A stretch of DNA of 64,000 nucleotides from Pelomyxa schiedti (lineage: Eukaryota > Protista > Evosea). Below, one piece after another: positions 1-12,874 of the stretch. Made by a program: the position numbers and the translations under genes. How positions within the stretch are numbered: position 1 is the stretch's first letter; each line of letters opens with the position of its first letter. The notes beneath the pieces are model-generated. The model did no database searches. It had not been told where the DNA came from and saw only the letters and a list, made by a program, of their open reading frames with translations. Location: the NCBI GenBank assembly GCA_020536535.1, contig JAHLWZ010000806.1, positions 69,981-133,980 of the forward strand, written 5' to 3'.

Positions 1-2029
1 TGAGAAGACAACCGGCACTCTCTCACTTGTTTTCGAACTCATGGAGATGAACCTTTATGAACTGATTAAAGGAAGGAAAACGTACCTGCCAGAAAGAAAA
101 GTAAAAATCCTAATGTGGCAGCTTTTAAAAGCTTTATCACATATGCATCAGTGTGTTCCATTTTTACCTTATTTGTTTAACTGTGTTTCACACAGAAAGG
201 GGATATTTCATAGGTATTTATTTTGCTTTCATCAAAATAGTTAATGACCTTTTACCCTCCCAGAGATATAAAGCCTGAAAACGCTGGTATAGTTTGTTTC
301 CTCAGTTAAAAAAAAAAATAATTCTTTCCTAGTTATCAAAGATGAACGGCTCAAGCTTATAGGTACCTTTCCATCAACATTTGACAATCTTTACCATTTT
401 ATACAGATTTTGGAAGGTAATGGCAATTAACTTTTGTCTATCTCCATCTCACAACCCCAGTTGTCGAGGAATAAATTCGAAACAACCATTCACTGAATAT
501 ATCTCAACTCGCTGGTAGATCACCTTCCTATTTTTCAACACACCTATTTAACACTGTAAATAAGGTACCGAGCACCTGAGTGCTTATTGACCGATGGTTT
601 TTACAATTACAAAATGGACATATGGGGTGTTGCATGTGTATGGTTTGAAGTGTTGAGTCTTTTTCCGCTCTTTCCGGGTGTTGATGAACTAGACCAAATC
701 CAAAAAATTCACAGTATTATTGGTACCCCCTCAAGAGAAGTTCTTGCAAAAATGAGAAGGTATTTATCAAGTGCCACGGGCAGTTCACTTTACACTCTGC
801 AGACTTGGTACTCATATGAACTTCAACTTTCTCCATACTGAGGGTACGGGAATTGCTAGATTACTTCCCAATGCCACCCCTGAATGCCTTGACCTACTTA
901 CCAAAATGCTTATATACAATCCTGAAGACAGGTCCTCTTCTTTAAGGCTTTTTAAAAAAGGGTGTGACTTTTTCTTTGTAGAATATCCGCACAGAATGCA
1001 CTTTTGCACCCGTATTTCCACGATTTGAGGGAAAGAACACCAATGAGAACATTGGGACCCACACTGTCTGTGTCACCACCCAACTCAAGAAGACATCATG
1101 TACTTCCTTTGTTTCATTTGACACGACGGGAAATTCATTAAATCACGCGAAGTACGTTCCTCACTAATATGTTGACCACAGGATAGTATCCGGAGTAAGA
1201 ATGAAGTCAATGTGCCAACAGTTATGATCAAAACCGATGCCACATATCTACTAGCTCCGCAACCCAAAGTCACAACCAACTCACTGTCAACTTCCAACTA
1301 CCTGACAGCTTCCAATCAGTCACTAAACAACCCCCTCCTATCACCAATCACAGGCACAACCACAACCACCGCAACCACCACCACAACAACCACAACAACG
1401 CTGACACAAAGCGGCAACAATCTCAACCTAAACATCAACAGCACCAACAGCAGCATGAACAACAACAGCAACAGCAACACCAACCCACAAGCTGCATCAA
1501 CAAACAGCGGCGCTGCTGCCGCGGCTGCTGCTGTTGCTGCTGCTGCATCTGCAGCCCCTCCAACTAACCTGACAATTAACAACAACAACATCACAATCAA
1601 CAACAACCTCAAGATAACAACCAACATCAACGGCAGGAGCCTCCGCGGCAAGCTTCCTGCAATTGAACAGAGAAGGCATTGTATAACCAGCGCACCAACA
1701 TCAGAAACCAACAACACCCTACGTAAATCAGTCGATAAGCTGCCGGCCCTCAAACCAACAGGGTGTGTATATTATCACTCAGTTTTTGAAAAAATACAAC
1801 ACTATTCACTACATAAAACAGGTTGGCCAATAGACCAGCATGGCACTAAATCAAAAACAAAACCTTCAGTTGTAAAAACACCTTTGTACAAATAAAAAAG
1901 TGTTTTCAAACATTACAACATCCAATTGTTTTTCTAGTCCGTGAAGGGTCTACTGCCATTTTCGAACACAGGCACTTCTCTGTTACAGTCTTGGTTTGAC
2001 TCCCAACAGGATTGCTTGGTAAAATGTGA
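1..2029 (+). CDS. MOK: MOK/RAGE-like (RCK family, CMGC) Ser/Thr kinase, 5'-truncated, multi-exon, with low-complexity T/N/A-rich C-terminal tail
   Basis: Manual splicing of short GT-AG introns gives FHRDIKPEN..KDERLKLI-DFGS-CRGINSKQPFTEYISTRWYRAPECLLTDGFYNYKMDIWGVACVWFEVLSLFPLFPG, the TEY/YISTRWYRAPECLLTDG signature of MOK. The 3' end is approximate. Confidence 0.85.
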
Positions 2030-2228
2030 AGGGAGAGAGGACTCCCATAATTCAATTCCCTCTTTTCGCATTTTCTTGTTCACCCGTGGGAGGGAACAAA
2101 GACGGAAGAAAAAAAAGAACAAAACCAAAGGTTCAGAAAATCATTTCTTTTTTTCTGTTGGCTTTTCGAAAGAGCAAAAAGCCTTTGTTTCGGTATTTTT
2201 TTTTTGTTTCTCAGGGACGAAAGAGACC

Positions 2229-5200
2229 TCACAGGATGAGCGGAAGGATATCAACAACTGATGGCTCCCAGTCGATTCCCTTTCCGTAGACCAACTTGCA
2301 AGCAAGAGCAGTGGAGATGATTGCCTTCTTGTGCATGTCGGGTACACGCGCAAGGCACTGTTCAAGGTGTCCGTTCTTGATGCAGTCGGGAACGTAGTCA
2401 ATGAAGACCTGAAGGATCTTCCTGTTCTCTGGAGCCTCGAGGTTGAGTGGCTTGAGGTATGCGGCGACATCGTCGGTGAACTTGTTGATGCGCTGGGAGA
2501 CAAGCTCGGAGATGTGGGTCATCTTGACGGTCTTGTTGTTCTTGAGCCAGTAGGCCATCATGGCGGCGGCCTCGTCGTTGGCAATCTTGGCAAGGCGGGC
2601 AAGAACGTTCTGAACGAGGGCGGGCTTGATGGCGACGAATTCGGCGTCCTTGAGCGAGAGACCGGCGAGAATTTCGTAGCTGCTGCTCACGACACCGCAC
2701 TTGTTGGCGGAAGAATCCTTGTAGATGAGAACACCCTTGTCCTGAAAGGGATCAGTAAAGAGGAGAAATCAGGAAAGGAAAAAGACCTCAAGGAATTCTC
2801 GGGCATCCTGAGGGATGTACAGGTTGGCACCCTCAACAATTGCCTTGGTTGTGGGCTTGTCGTGCTCATCGAAGAACTATATACATCAGATGATGTTAGA
2901 AGAAAAAAAGGGGAGCTTACGTCTTTCATGTTGAGCATGTTAAGAGCACGTGGGCGACCACCAGATGGGATGAAAACATCCGCATACTTCTGGTGGGCAT
3001 TGAGGCGGAAGATTTGCTGTGCTTGGTTGCCTGTGATCCACTCTTCGACGACCTTGCCACCCTCCTTCTTGACGAGAAGAGTTTCCTTCTGGAAGGAAGA
3101 GCGCTGCCTTGTCTGCCATAAGCAGAGAAGGAAGCCACCCTCATGGAGGAGTTCGCGTGGGTACTCGGCAATTGGCTTGACCTTGTGGAACATTTCAACA
3201 AGAGCAGGTAAATTCATGCCCTCGGGGTCGTACATGGTACCACTTGCGTCGGTTACAACAAGCAACTTGGCAAATGTTGGGAGATGCTGAGCAAGCAGAC
3301 GGATCATGTTTCCGGCTACATCACCATCGGGTCCACCAGTAATCTTGCAGGTGAAGGGCTTTCCCTCAAGGCCAAGGTACCGGAGGGTGTGGATCAGGTA
3401 CTGGTACATGCCCCATGATGTTACTCCGTACTCCTTGTGGTTAATACCGACATCGTCTTTGCCAGAGATAAAGGCACCACCAGAGTAATAGCCCAAGCGG
3501 ATTGATTCTCCAGCCAACCAGTGGATCATGCTATCGTGCATGTTCTCATCGGGGCCAAGATAGATGTACTCGGGGACCTTGAGATAATCAACGATGTACT
3601 CTCCGTACTTGAGAGCGTTCTTTGCGAAGTCCCAAATGAAGAGGCAAAGGAATGTGTTGAGGAAGCAGCGTTGATTATAGTACATGTACTCCAATGTCTG
3701 GGCCTTGACCCACTCGTCGAGCATTGGCTTGATCTTATCAGCTGGTGTTCCAGAAGCCTCGAGCTCACGGCGGACAATTTCTGTCTCGAACGAAAGCTCC
3801 TCGTTGGGGGCGACGAAGACAATTGCCTTAGATCCACCCTCTGGGATATCCTTGTTCTTCTTCTGCTGAGTGTAAGCAAGGTTGTAGCACTCGGTGAACA
3901 TGTTGGAGCGCTCGAATCTGGCGTGCTCTTGGTCGCGGGCGACAACTGTCCTCATTCCACCACGGGCAAGGTCGCGGAACCTGACTTGGAAGGAGGTGAA
4001 GTTCCAGCCCTTAATGTAGAAAACTGAGAATGGGAGCTCGGGGTACTTGGACTTCCTCTCAAAGCCGGGTACATTGTTCATGTACTCGGGATTAAGGCGG
4101 AAACCAATAGCCAACTTGTGGTAGTTGTAAGCATTGGTGCGGAGGCAGTGCTCAGTTATATTAAGGGCTTGAAGGAAAATGTTCCTCCTCCTGTCATCGT
4201 GCTTCTTTCGGCCAGTGTCGAGTTCAGAAAGAGCCTTCTCAAGCTCGGCTTTGAGCCTGGCGTACTCCTCAAGGTTGGCAGTGGCGGGATGGAACTTGGC
4301 AGCAAAGACCGAAAGAAGCTTAAGAGTAAGCTCTGGGTGGAATGCAAATGCTTCAAGGCACATCTCCTCAGTATAAACGGCAGCGTTAACATCGGAAAGA
4401 ATTTGCTCGATAAATCCAGCAAATGCCCTCAAAAGGTTGGCTGTAAAAAAGTCACAAAGTATTATCTGTCAGGGTAAGTACACACCATGTGATCCAGTGA
4501 AGGTTCCAGAAAGAACCAACTCGGTGAGAATGTCAACTTTGAGTCCCTTGAGAATCTCAAACTCGCGCATGAAGGCCTTGAGCTTGGTATCGTCGGTAAC
4601 GATATCTCCAACGAGGCCAATTGCTCCAAGGAGTACACACTTGACTGACAGAGGATCGACGTAAGTGAAGTGGAGATTGGAGATTGTCACAGAGTGGCGC
4701 TTGAACATTTGAGCGAGCTTGAACAAGAACATCCTCTTGGCAACATTTCTCCAAGCGAAGTACAAGATACCGTCTGTCGCAGGTTAACAGAAAAGCAAAT
4801 TTTCCAATGACTTACTGTTGCCAGTTCCGGGTACGAGTTTATGTTGGACGGAGTCGCGCACAAGAGCCTCAGTGCAAAGAAGCGTCTTAATGGCAGCAGG
4901 CATAACTCGGTCAGCAGCGTCTGGGGCCGCCAGGAAGGAAACGCGGGTCATTCTGAGGGGCTAAAGAAAAATAAGATTCACGAAGATATAGTTCAGTGCC
5001 TACGAGATCGTAGCCTGGCATGTTAACATCAGAAACATAGCTGAAGTATTCCTTGATGCTAGTTTCTCCATAGTGCTATGAAAAATAAGAAAAACTAAAC
5101 TGTTCTCAACAAGATGGTACCCTCAGGATCTCTGTGTCGGCATGCTCGCGGGCGAGGGAAATAACAAGAGATGTGTTCTTGAAGTTCAAGTAGACAAACT

Positions 5201-5390
5201 CCTCAAACTCCTCGCTAAAAAGCACGTGTGTAAGGCCAAAAAAAGGGGGAAAAAAAAAGACAGAGTAAAATAGACACCTGTAAACAAGGGTGTGGGCAAC
5301 GACGGTGGACTCTTCAGCGGTGGCATCAGCAACAAACTTGGCCATGTGGGCGTTGAGCCATGCGAGAACTGCGGTGTCGTTCTTCTCCAT
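2229..5390 (-). CDS. GDH2: Large NAD-specific glutamate dehydrogenase (GDH2 type), multi-exon
   Basis: Motifs RFRDLARGGMR, TQQKKNKDIPEGGSK, YLGPDEN, GINHKEYGVTS, TGGPDGDVAGN, ADVFIPSGGRP, DSSANKCGVVSSSYEI; GT-AG introns; strong C/G-ending codon bias. Confidence 0.92.
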
Positions 5391-5766
5391 TTCGTCGATT
5401 GTTAGATAAAGATCTTTCGCTTTTGCTTGGAGGCGGTTGTTGGGTTTTTTAGAATAAAAGACTAAAGAATTTGATCGGGTGTTTTAAAACTCGCAGTACG
5501 TCTAGAACGTGCATTTTGTGGAACCGAAGTACATGTTCAACTGGACTTTTCATCTTGATAAAAAGCCGACGTCACACCAACTTTGCCTTTTTTCATCTTG
5601 ACCGTGTCCGAGACTGGAACAGTTTCCAATTACAATGTAGTATAGACAAGCTTATAGTCCCATGTGCCCATTAATAAGAATACTCAAAGATTCTTTACCA
5701 ATCAGAAAACAAAACATAATCAGTGTAAATTCGCCTCATTCTTCTGTCGTTGACTTCGTAGCCAAA

Positions 5767-7892
5767 ATGGCAGACACCACAACACCCGTAGCGACTGTCT
5801 CGTCCCCAACAGAGCATACAACCACCCCCGCCTCTGCTCCCGCTCCCACCCCCGAGGCCCCTTCCACAGCCACTCCTTCTCCCACCCCCGCCACATCCGC
5901 CTCGTCCTCCTCCGCCTCTGCTGCCGCCACCCCCGCGGAGACCCCTGCCTCCACTGGCGGCGCCCCCGCTCAGCCGCAGCAGCAGCCCAACAAGCGCAAA
6001 GGCGCCCCAGCCGCCCCCAAGACAGGAGGGACCGGCGGCGGCGCCAAGAAAAACGCTGGGAAACCCGCAGCCAAGCCCGCGGCTTCGGCCGCTTCCGCTT
6101 CCGCTTCGGCGTCGTCTGCGGCCGCCAGCGAGCCAGTGGAGATGGACGCCCCGTCGCCCTTCTCCAATTGGAAAGTGAAGGGGGGCGTGGACTACAACAG
6201 GCTGCTGGAGCTGTTCGGGTCGTCGCCGATAACCCCCGAGCTCGTGGCGAGGGTGGAGGCGGTGACAGGCAAAAGGGCTCACCCGTGGTTGAGGCGTGGT
6301 CTGTTCTTCTCCCACAGGTTCTTATATCTCCTCACTGCTCATCCTTGCTCTCAATCTTTTTTTTTTTTTTTTTTTTTTTTGGGTAGGATAAGTGTAGTGT
6401 TTAGAAAACGCACATACTAAGGTAACCTAGGGAACTGGACATGATATTGAATCACCACGAGAAGGGACTGCCTTTTTATCTGTACACTGGCAGGGGTCCT
6501 TCATCTGGTGCTCTGCACTTTGGACACTTGATTCCCTTTTTGTTCACCAAGTAGACACTTGGGTTATTCATGGAGGGTACTGATGTTTTTTTTTAGATAC
6601 CTTCAGGATGTGTTCAATGTGCCTCTTGTAATTCAGATGACTGATGACGAAAAGTTCCTCTGGAAAAATATTACCCTGGAGGCAACTTCACCCTTTCACA
6701 ATAATCCCTAAACCTAATTTAATAACAGGAGGGACGACACTACATGCGAGAGAACGTCAAAGACATCATTGGTAACTAACCACAACAAATTATCAAGTTT
6801 CTAATTTCCGTTCCAGCACTTGGCTTTGACGTAACAAAAACGTTCATCTTTTCTGATTTGGAGGTAAGTTTTTCGTTTCCTTAATTGGGGATCACCAAAC
6901 ATTTTGCAGTATATTGGGCACATGTATCCCCTTGTTTTGCGGATTCAAAAAATGATCACAGCCAACCAAGTTAAAGGAATTTTTGGGTGTGCCAACTTTC
7001 ACCGCTGGTTTGTTTTGTTTATTAGTTGTTAGCTTCACTGATTCAGATCACATTGGCAAGTATGGGTTCCCAGCAGTGCAGGCAGCACCGTCATTCCCCT
7101 GCTGTTTCCCACACATCTTCCCACCAGAGAAAATTCCTATCACCAAATGTCTGATCCCTTGTGCCATAGATCAGGTAAGGATACAAATTATTATCTTTAA
7201 GGATTAATAATCTTCAGGATCCATACTTCCGAATGACCCGAGATGTCGCTCCAAGAATGGGCTTGGAGAAGCCTGCTTTAATCCATTCGAAATTCTTCCC
7301 GGCACTGCAAGGTGAAGTACTAAGACCAATAACTTACTAGTGTTGATGTTTATAACAGGGTTCTCAACGAAAATGAGTGCTTCTGATCCCAACTCCGCTA
7401 TATACCTTACTGACACACCCAAGCAAATTCGTAACAAGGTCAGTCAACTCTCAAATTATTCTATCCACGCTCAAGATGACCTATCAAACAGATAAATAAA
7501 TACGCATTCTCCGGCGGTAAAGACACAAAGGAGGAGCAAATGAAATATGGAGCTAATCTCCTCGTTGATGTTCCCTATGCATACCTCACCTTCTTCCTTG
7601 ACGATGATGCTGAATTGCAGAGAATTCACGACGTACCTTTCTTTTCCCATCAGTTCCACTCTTTTATGTCTTTCTAACTCCACAAAAAGGACTATCAATC
7701 AGGGCGAATGTTAACAGGTGAGGTAAAGAAAATCCTAGCTGACAAATTAATAGCTCTTGTTGAAGAGGTAGAGCTTCCATTTAAGTTCCTTTAGGACTCT
7801 TGCTTATTCATTTACAGCACCAACGACGTCGTGCCCTTGTCACTGAAGAAGTTGTAGACTCATTCATGAAAGTTTTCCCACACACCCCATAA
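5767..7892 (+). CDS. WARS: Cytosolic tryptophanyl-tRNA synthetase with ~125-aa A/P/S/T-rich N-terminal extension
   Basis: [38 protein letters not shown] (HIGH-like), [43 protein letters not shown] (KMSKS-like), MLTGEVKK. Confidence 0.95.
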
Positions 7893-7945
7893 GAGGAAAA
7901 ATGCAAATAGGAAAAATTTAAAGAAAATTTCTATTTGCACAATAT

Positions 7946-9160
7946 TCACATGCTTTGTGTTGGTATAGAAACGGACTGTAGTGATGGGCTTATATCATAT
8001 GTAGGTGGGCAGATAGATGTGAAACAGTTGTAAAAGAGACCCTTGGCCCAGGGATTTCCCCTGGACTTGTACAAGCCACGCATCTAAGAGTTTGTTAGTG
8101 GTTGGTATTGGGTTGGAAAACACTAAAGACCTCCTCGTGTGATGTTTGGGCTGTAGCCATAAGATAGAAATGGAAGCACATAAACGGGCCCACCAAGCAG
8201 AGGAGCACCGCCGCTGGAAAAATGAATAGACAACTATGGATAGTCAAATATTGTAAAACAATAAGTAGGAACAACCAGAAAGGGCATTGGGAAAACACAG
8301 TTCTAATAGGGGTTGTTGCTGCATTTGTCCAAACATGTACAATTTGCCAGCCACATACAGCGATTGTATAAGAGGGCATGAATGTAGAGGCAGTCAGAAG
8401 TAGAACAAAGTAGTTGTAATTTCTGGGAAAAACATGAATCAAGGGACAAAGATCGTGAGAGATACCTTTGCCCAATGCAATTATTTACCCAGACACCGAT
8501 GATGGCAGTTAAAGAAAAAAAAAAGGATAAGTCCAAAATGAAAAGCACTAAAAGCATAAATGGATACAATGGTGATCATGCTTTCTGACACATCGCCTGC
8601 CAAAACGATAAGAAGGAGGGAAAAAAAAAAGATGAGGGATACTGGCAGTCGTGGCAGTGAAAGGCCCTTGGGGGACGATAGTGGTGACAATAAGCTTGAT
8701 TGGGAGTCATAGAAGGTATGTATAGTAGATAGAGATACCACAGTAAGATATGTCAACAGAAACACCATTCACTTTCACTTGGTATTTGGGAGGATTTTCC
8801 ATTTCTTCAATGTGAAGTTAACATACCTGTGTTAAAAACATTTACCAAACGCAACCTTTACTGGGCTCCTTTTTGTCAACTTGTTTAATGTAACCAGGGT
8901 CACAAAATCGGCACAGCAGTAGCGAAATCAAAGACACAATGGCCCCAGTTACGAATATTGTGTCAATAATGAAACGGGGCACCAACAAGTCCAGACATGG
9001 CGACCTTTAACCCGTCAGGCACCATAAGACCGCAGTGAAGAACAAACACGAATACGAGAAACAGAATCGAAGGGCAGGTGACAGCGGATAAAGCCAAGTA
9101 AAACAACCCCGCCTCGAGTTCGTAAAACGGAAGAGCGACACAGTCCCACACCACGCACAT
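7946..9160 (-). CDS. DHHC-type protein S-palmitoyltransferase
   Basis: Spliced reading gives TM helices, DPG motif, [34 protein letters not shown], and the TSHE (TTxE) motif. Requires a non-canonical intron at 8497-8567. Confidence 0.88.
8497..8567 (-). other. Putative U12-type (minor) intron, GT...CG termini, 71 nt, phase 1 in the Cys codon of DHHC
   Basis: Donor GTATCCAT, branch-like TTCTTTAAC 11 nt before the 3' end; no usable AG; removal restores CAT T|GT GTC TGG (H-C-V-W). Confidence 0.7.
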
Positions 9161-9472
9161 CTCCACAAACCCTCCCGCTCCACAAAAGTCTTCTGTCTTC
9201 GTATTAATTACTCAATTGGAAGAAAACCGAGAAATACCACGCGATCGATCTGTCACATTTTACACCCTTGCAGGGAACTTCTGACTCCAGGTCGTGATTC
9301 TTGCTTTCTTTCTTTTGCGTTCGGCATTTCTACAGACTGGGGGCTCAGGCTCCACGAGTCCCCAATTCCAACGATCAAAAATCTCGTTTCACGACCGAAG
9401 TGGTGAAGGGGCAGAAGTACCAAGGAGCTCTCCCCTGGAGGCACTAGATTTTTTTCTTCTTTAGCAGCAGGG

Positions 9473-12400
9473 ATGTTTGCCTCTGATGCATTCAAGCACG
9501 TGAGGTGCCCGGACGACAGCGCGTGCCCCCGCGGCCGCTGCTGCCACTTCTTCCACCCCCCGGTGCTCCCTCCCCCGTCGGCACTCCCTCCTCCCCCCCT
9601 TCCCCCCGCTACAGCCACCCCCGCCTCCTTCGCCTACCCCACACAGCCCCCAGGCCCACCAATCACGAGCACCACCACCAGCACCAGCACCAGCACCACC
9701 GCCGCCACCACGAGCACTGCCTCTGGTGCCTCTGGTGGCTCTGGCTCTGCTCCCACCGCACCCGCGCCCTCCTTGCCGTCGCCGAGACTGGCGCCGGCGC
9801 CCACCGGGGCGGTGCCGCTGCCGCTGCCGCTGGCCCCCCGCGCCCCCTCCCCCTACACGTCGCTGCCCCCGCGGCTTGCGCCCTCCCCGCCCCTGCCGCA
9901 GCCGGGCGCCCCGTCCGACCCCCCTCAGGCTGCGCCCCCTATGGTCCCCATGCCGCCGGCTTCCCAGCAACAACAACAACAACAGCAACAGCAGCATCAG
10001 CAGCATCAGCAGCAATATCAGTATCAGTACCAACAGGGGCAGCAACAACCGGTGCATGCTGCTGTTACTACACCGCCTCCTTGTGTGCAATACATTAATC
10101 AGCAGCAGAATACTCAGAGTGCCTCGGCTATTCCAGGTGGTTATTGTTCTACCAGTAATGTGGTCAATCACGCTGCTGCCCCAGCTTCCCCCACTCTCAT
10201 GCCTTCTGCTCCTGCCGCTTCTGCTGCGGTTGTTGCATCACCCCCGTTTTCTCCGTCTCTTTCTACTACTCCTCCTCAACACACAGGCATCATTCAGCAG
10301 CAACAGCAGCAATATCAGAGGCAACAACAAATAGTACATACACCTGGATCCTCACAGCTTCCTCAACGCCTCTCTGTTCAGTCTCATCCGCAGCAACAAC
10401 CTGGCTTGGGTCCTGTTGCACTCTCTGCAAAGCCTAATGTGGGTGCCATTCCAAACAGGCAACCTCAGTCTGCATCGCTGCGGCCGCTTCAGGCTCATCA
10501 GAATCAGCCAATTCCTGGTAAGGTTGTACCCCTACCGCCACAGTTGCAGCAACCGTCTACTACGCAAACGCAAGCTATGATGCAACCACAGCCAGTGCAA
10601 GTGCAGGCAATGCCAATGCAATTGCCAAAACCTATACTCCATCCCCAGAATAGGAAAGTTGTACCTCAGCTCCCGCCAAAGACAGTACAACCTGTAAATC
10701 AGTTACAACAAGCGGTTCCCCGCACTGTGAGCCCAACGCCAAACCAGCAGATGCACCTATCACCTTCACCCCCACTTCGTCAGTCTCCTTCTCCAGCAGT
10801 TTTGCCTCCAAGTATCGCTTTGGCTCCTCAAAATTCTGTTGACACTCCGCTATCTCCCACACAACAAATTCCGACTACTACTGCACGGAAGAGACCAGCA
10901 ACAACAGCTCCTCAACAGAAGCAGCCTACGGAACCCAAACAATCAAAGATAGCAACACAATTACCCAACTACCAAACAAACACAGTCCCACTTCCCAATG
11001 TTCATCAACTGACAGCTCCACAAGGTATTCTAAAACAATCTGCGGCACCAATTCTGAAAGTTGGTGCACAACACCCACCCACTCCTCAACAACCGCAGAC
11101 ACCAAAATTACAACAACTTCCAGCAGTTCCCCTAAAAAAGGGAGTGCAAACAGTATTACCCAAACCCCAACCAAAGAAAGTGGCTCAATCGCCCAATTCT
11201 CCACAGCATGCTCCAGGTCAAGTCAAACCAGCTCAACTAACGCAGCCCCACCAGCAAATGCAACATACTACTGCACAACAGCAAGTAAAACCACAAACTC
11301 TTCAACAGAAACCACCACTAAAACCACAGCTACCCCAGCAGCAGGTGCAATCCCGGCAACAAATTCTGCAACGGCAACAAGCTCAACTGCCACCATCACA
11401 ACAAATGCAGCAGCAACAAATTCAGCAACAAATACAACAACAAATTCAACAGCAGCAAATACAACAGCAAATGCAGGCACAAATGCAACAACAGCAAATC
11501 CAGCAACCAACACAACATTCTCAATTCCAACAACACCACTTGCAGCAGCAAGCACCGCAAAATAAGTTACACTCAGCACAAACCATTCATCAAGACCAAC
11601 CAACACACCAACCTACACAATTATCAACATTCCAGTTGCAGCACCTCCAGCAAGTTTTGCAACCACTTGACAATTCCAGTCAGCACATGGATTCCACTGC
11701 CATGCAACCAATTTCTCATCCAACTACTGCCGCACCCCAAAGGCCTATGGTTCAGCCCAAGGCTTCACCCCAAAATACTGCTGTATTACTCAAATCAGCA
11801 CTCAGGAAAAGGTATCTCCCTCATTCTCTTCACAACTGATCTCACACAAAAAAACCTAGCAGTCCTCCCCCGACTCTTCCCATCAATACACAAGGTGCCA
11901 TGCCGGACACAGTAACTCTCACCGCAACACAGCCGCAATCACCTCCACAACAACCACAGCAACAACCCACAGGGCTTGTATTCCACCGTGCACGGTTGCC
12001 CACCAACACAACAGCACCACAACAAGCAAATAACATCAGTCCAGGAACAGTGGTTCCACAGATGAATTCCGGCATCGGCAGCCGGCAGTCACACTTGGTA
12101 TTCACACCTCCCCCTGCATCACCTCCGTCATCTGCAACTGCACCAGGAAGTGACTTCCCATTTGTAGAAATCGTTATGAATCCGCATGTTCCGAGAAGCA
12201 CTAGGCAGGGGTGCGTGACTCTATGTTGATGTTTTGTTTACTCACTCTGCTTTTCCAGTGTGGCTGAGAAGTTTTTTAACCTGTACTGTGCTGCTGGATT
12301 GAATAGAACAGAGGCTACTAGATATGCTCAATCTGTGGTTAGCCCCTTTTTTTCTTCGTTTATGGCCCCTTGTGTATTTATGTGTAATAGGAGTCCCAAA

Positions 12401-12477
12401 TCTACAACCAATGCTCCAACAAAGCCGGTTACATGCACCTTGCAAGCCAAACTACACAAAAACTACCCTTTACTTAA
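9473..12477 (+). CDS. Q/P-rich protein with N-terminal C3H-type zinc knuckle and C-terminal REXO1/EloA-BP1-like helical domain; no exonuclease domain seen
   Basis: N-term MF..AFKHVRCPDDSACPRGRCCHFFH; C-term HVPRSTRQ..AEKFFNLY....EATRYAQSVESQIYNQCSNKAGYMHLA, resembling the non-catalytic parts of REXO1/Rex3. The 3' end is uncertain (12477 to about 12605). Confidence 0.55.
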
Positions 12478-12874
12478 GTAAACGCTTTCAAATTTACCCA
12501 AAAAAGAACGGAAAAAGATTTGGCGTCACCCATAAGTAGGTGTCGAAAGTGTGTTGATAACGGAGAACATGGAAGGAAAAACGCGAGCTACAGAAGTGAC
12601 AAGTAAAACTGTGCCCGGCCTAGGGGGACTCCCATCACTCTCTAGAGCGGTAAGTACCCTCTGGACCGGCTTGGTTACTTTAACTGGATTTAAGCCCTTC
12701 TTTTTATCAGCCACTGGGAACGAGACAACGGTACGGTTTGTATTGCGCAGTATTTCAAACCCTTGCTTGATCTAAGTGTGGAAGAGAAGCTTTTTTTTTT
12801 TTTTTTTTTTTTATTTGTGTAGGCTACTCAAAGTCACATACAACACTTCGTTTCAAGGTATTTTTTCCTGATAC

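Noticed and set aside
2331-4477. Long plus-strand ORFs antisense to GDH
   Set aside because: Shadow ORFs caused by codon bias of the real gene; no independent motifs.
1350-11500. ACA/CAA/CAG triplet runs as CRISPR-like or satellite arrays
   Set aside because: They are coding low-complexity poly-T/N/Q tracts with no repeat-spacer structure.
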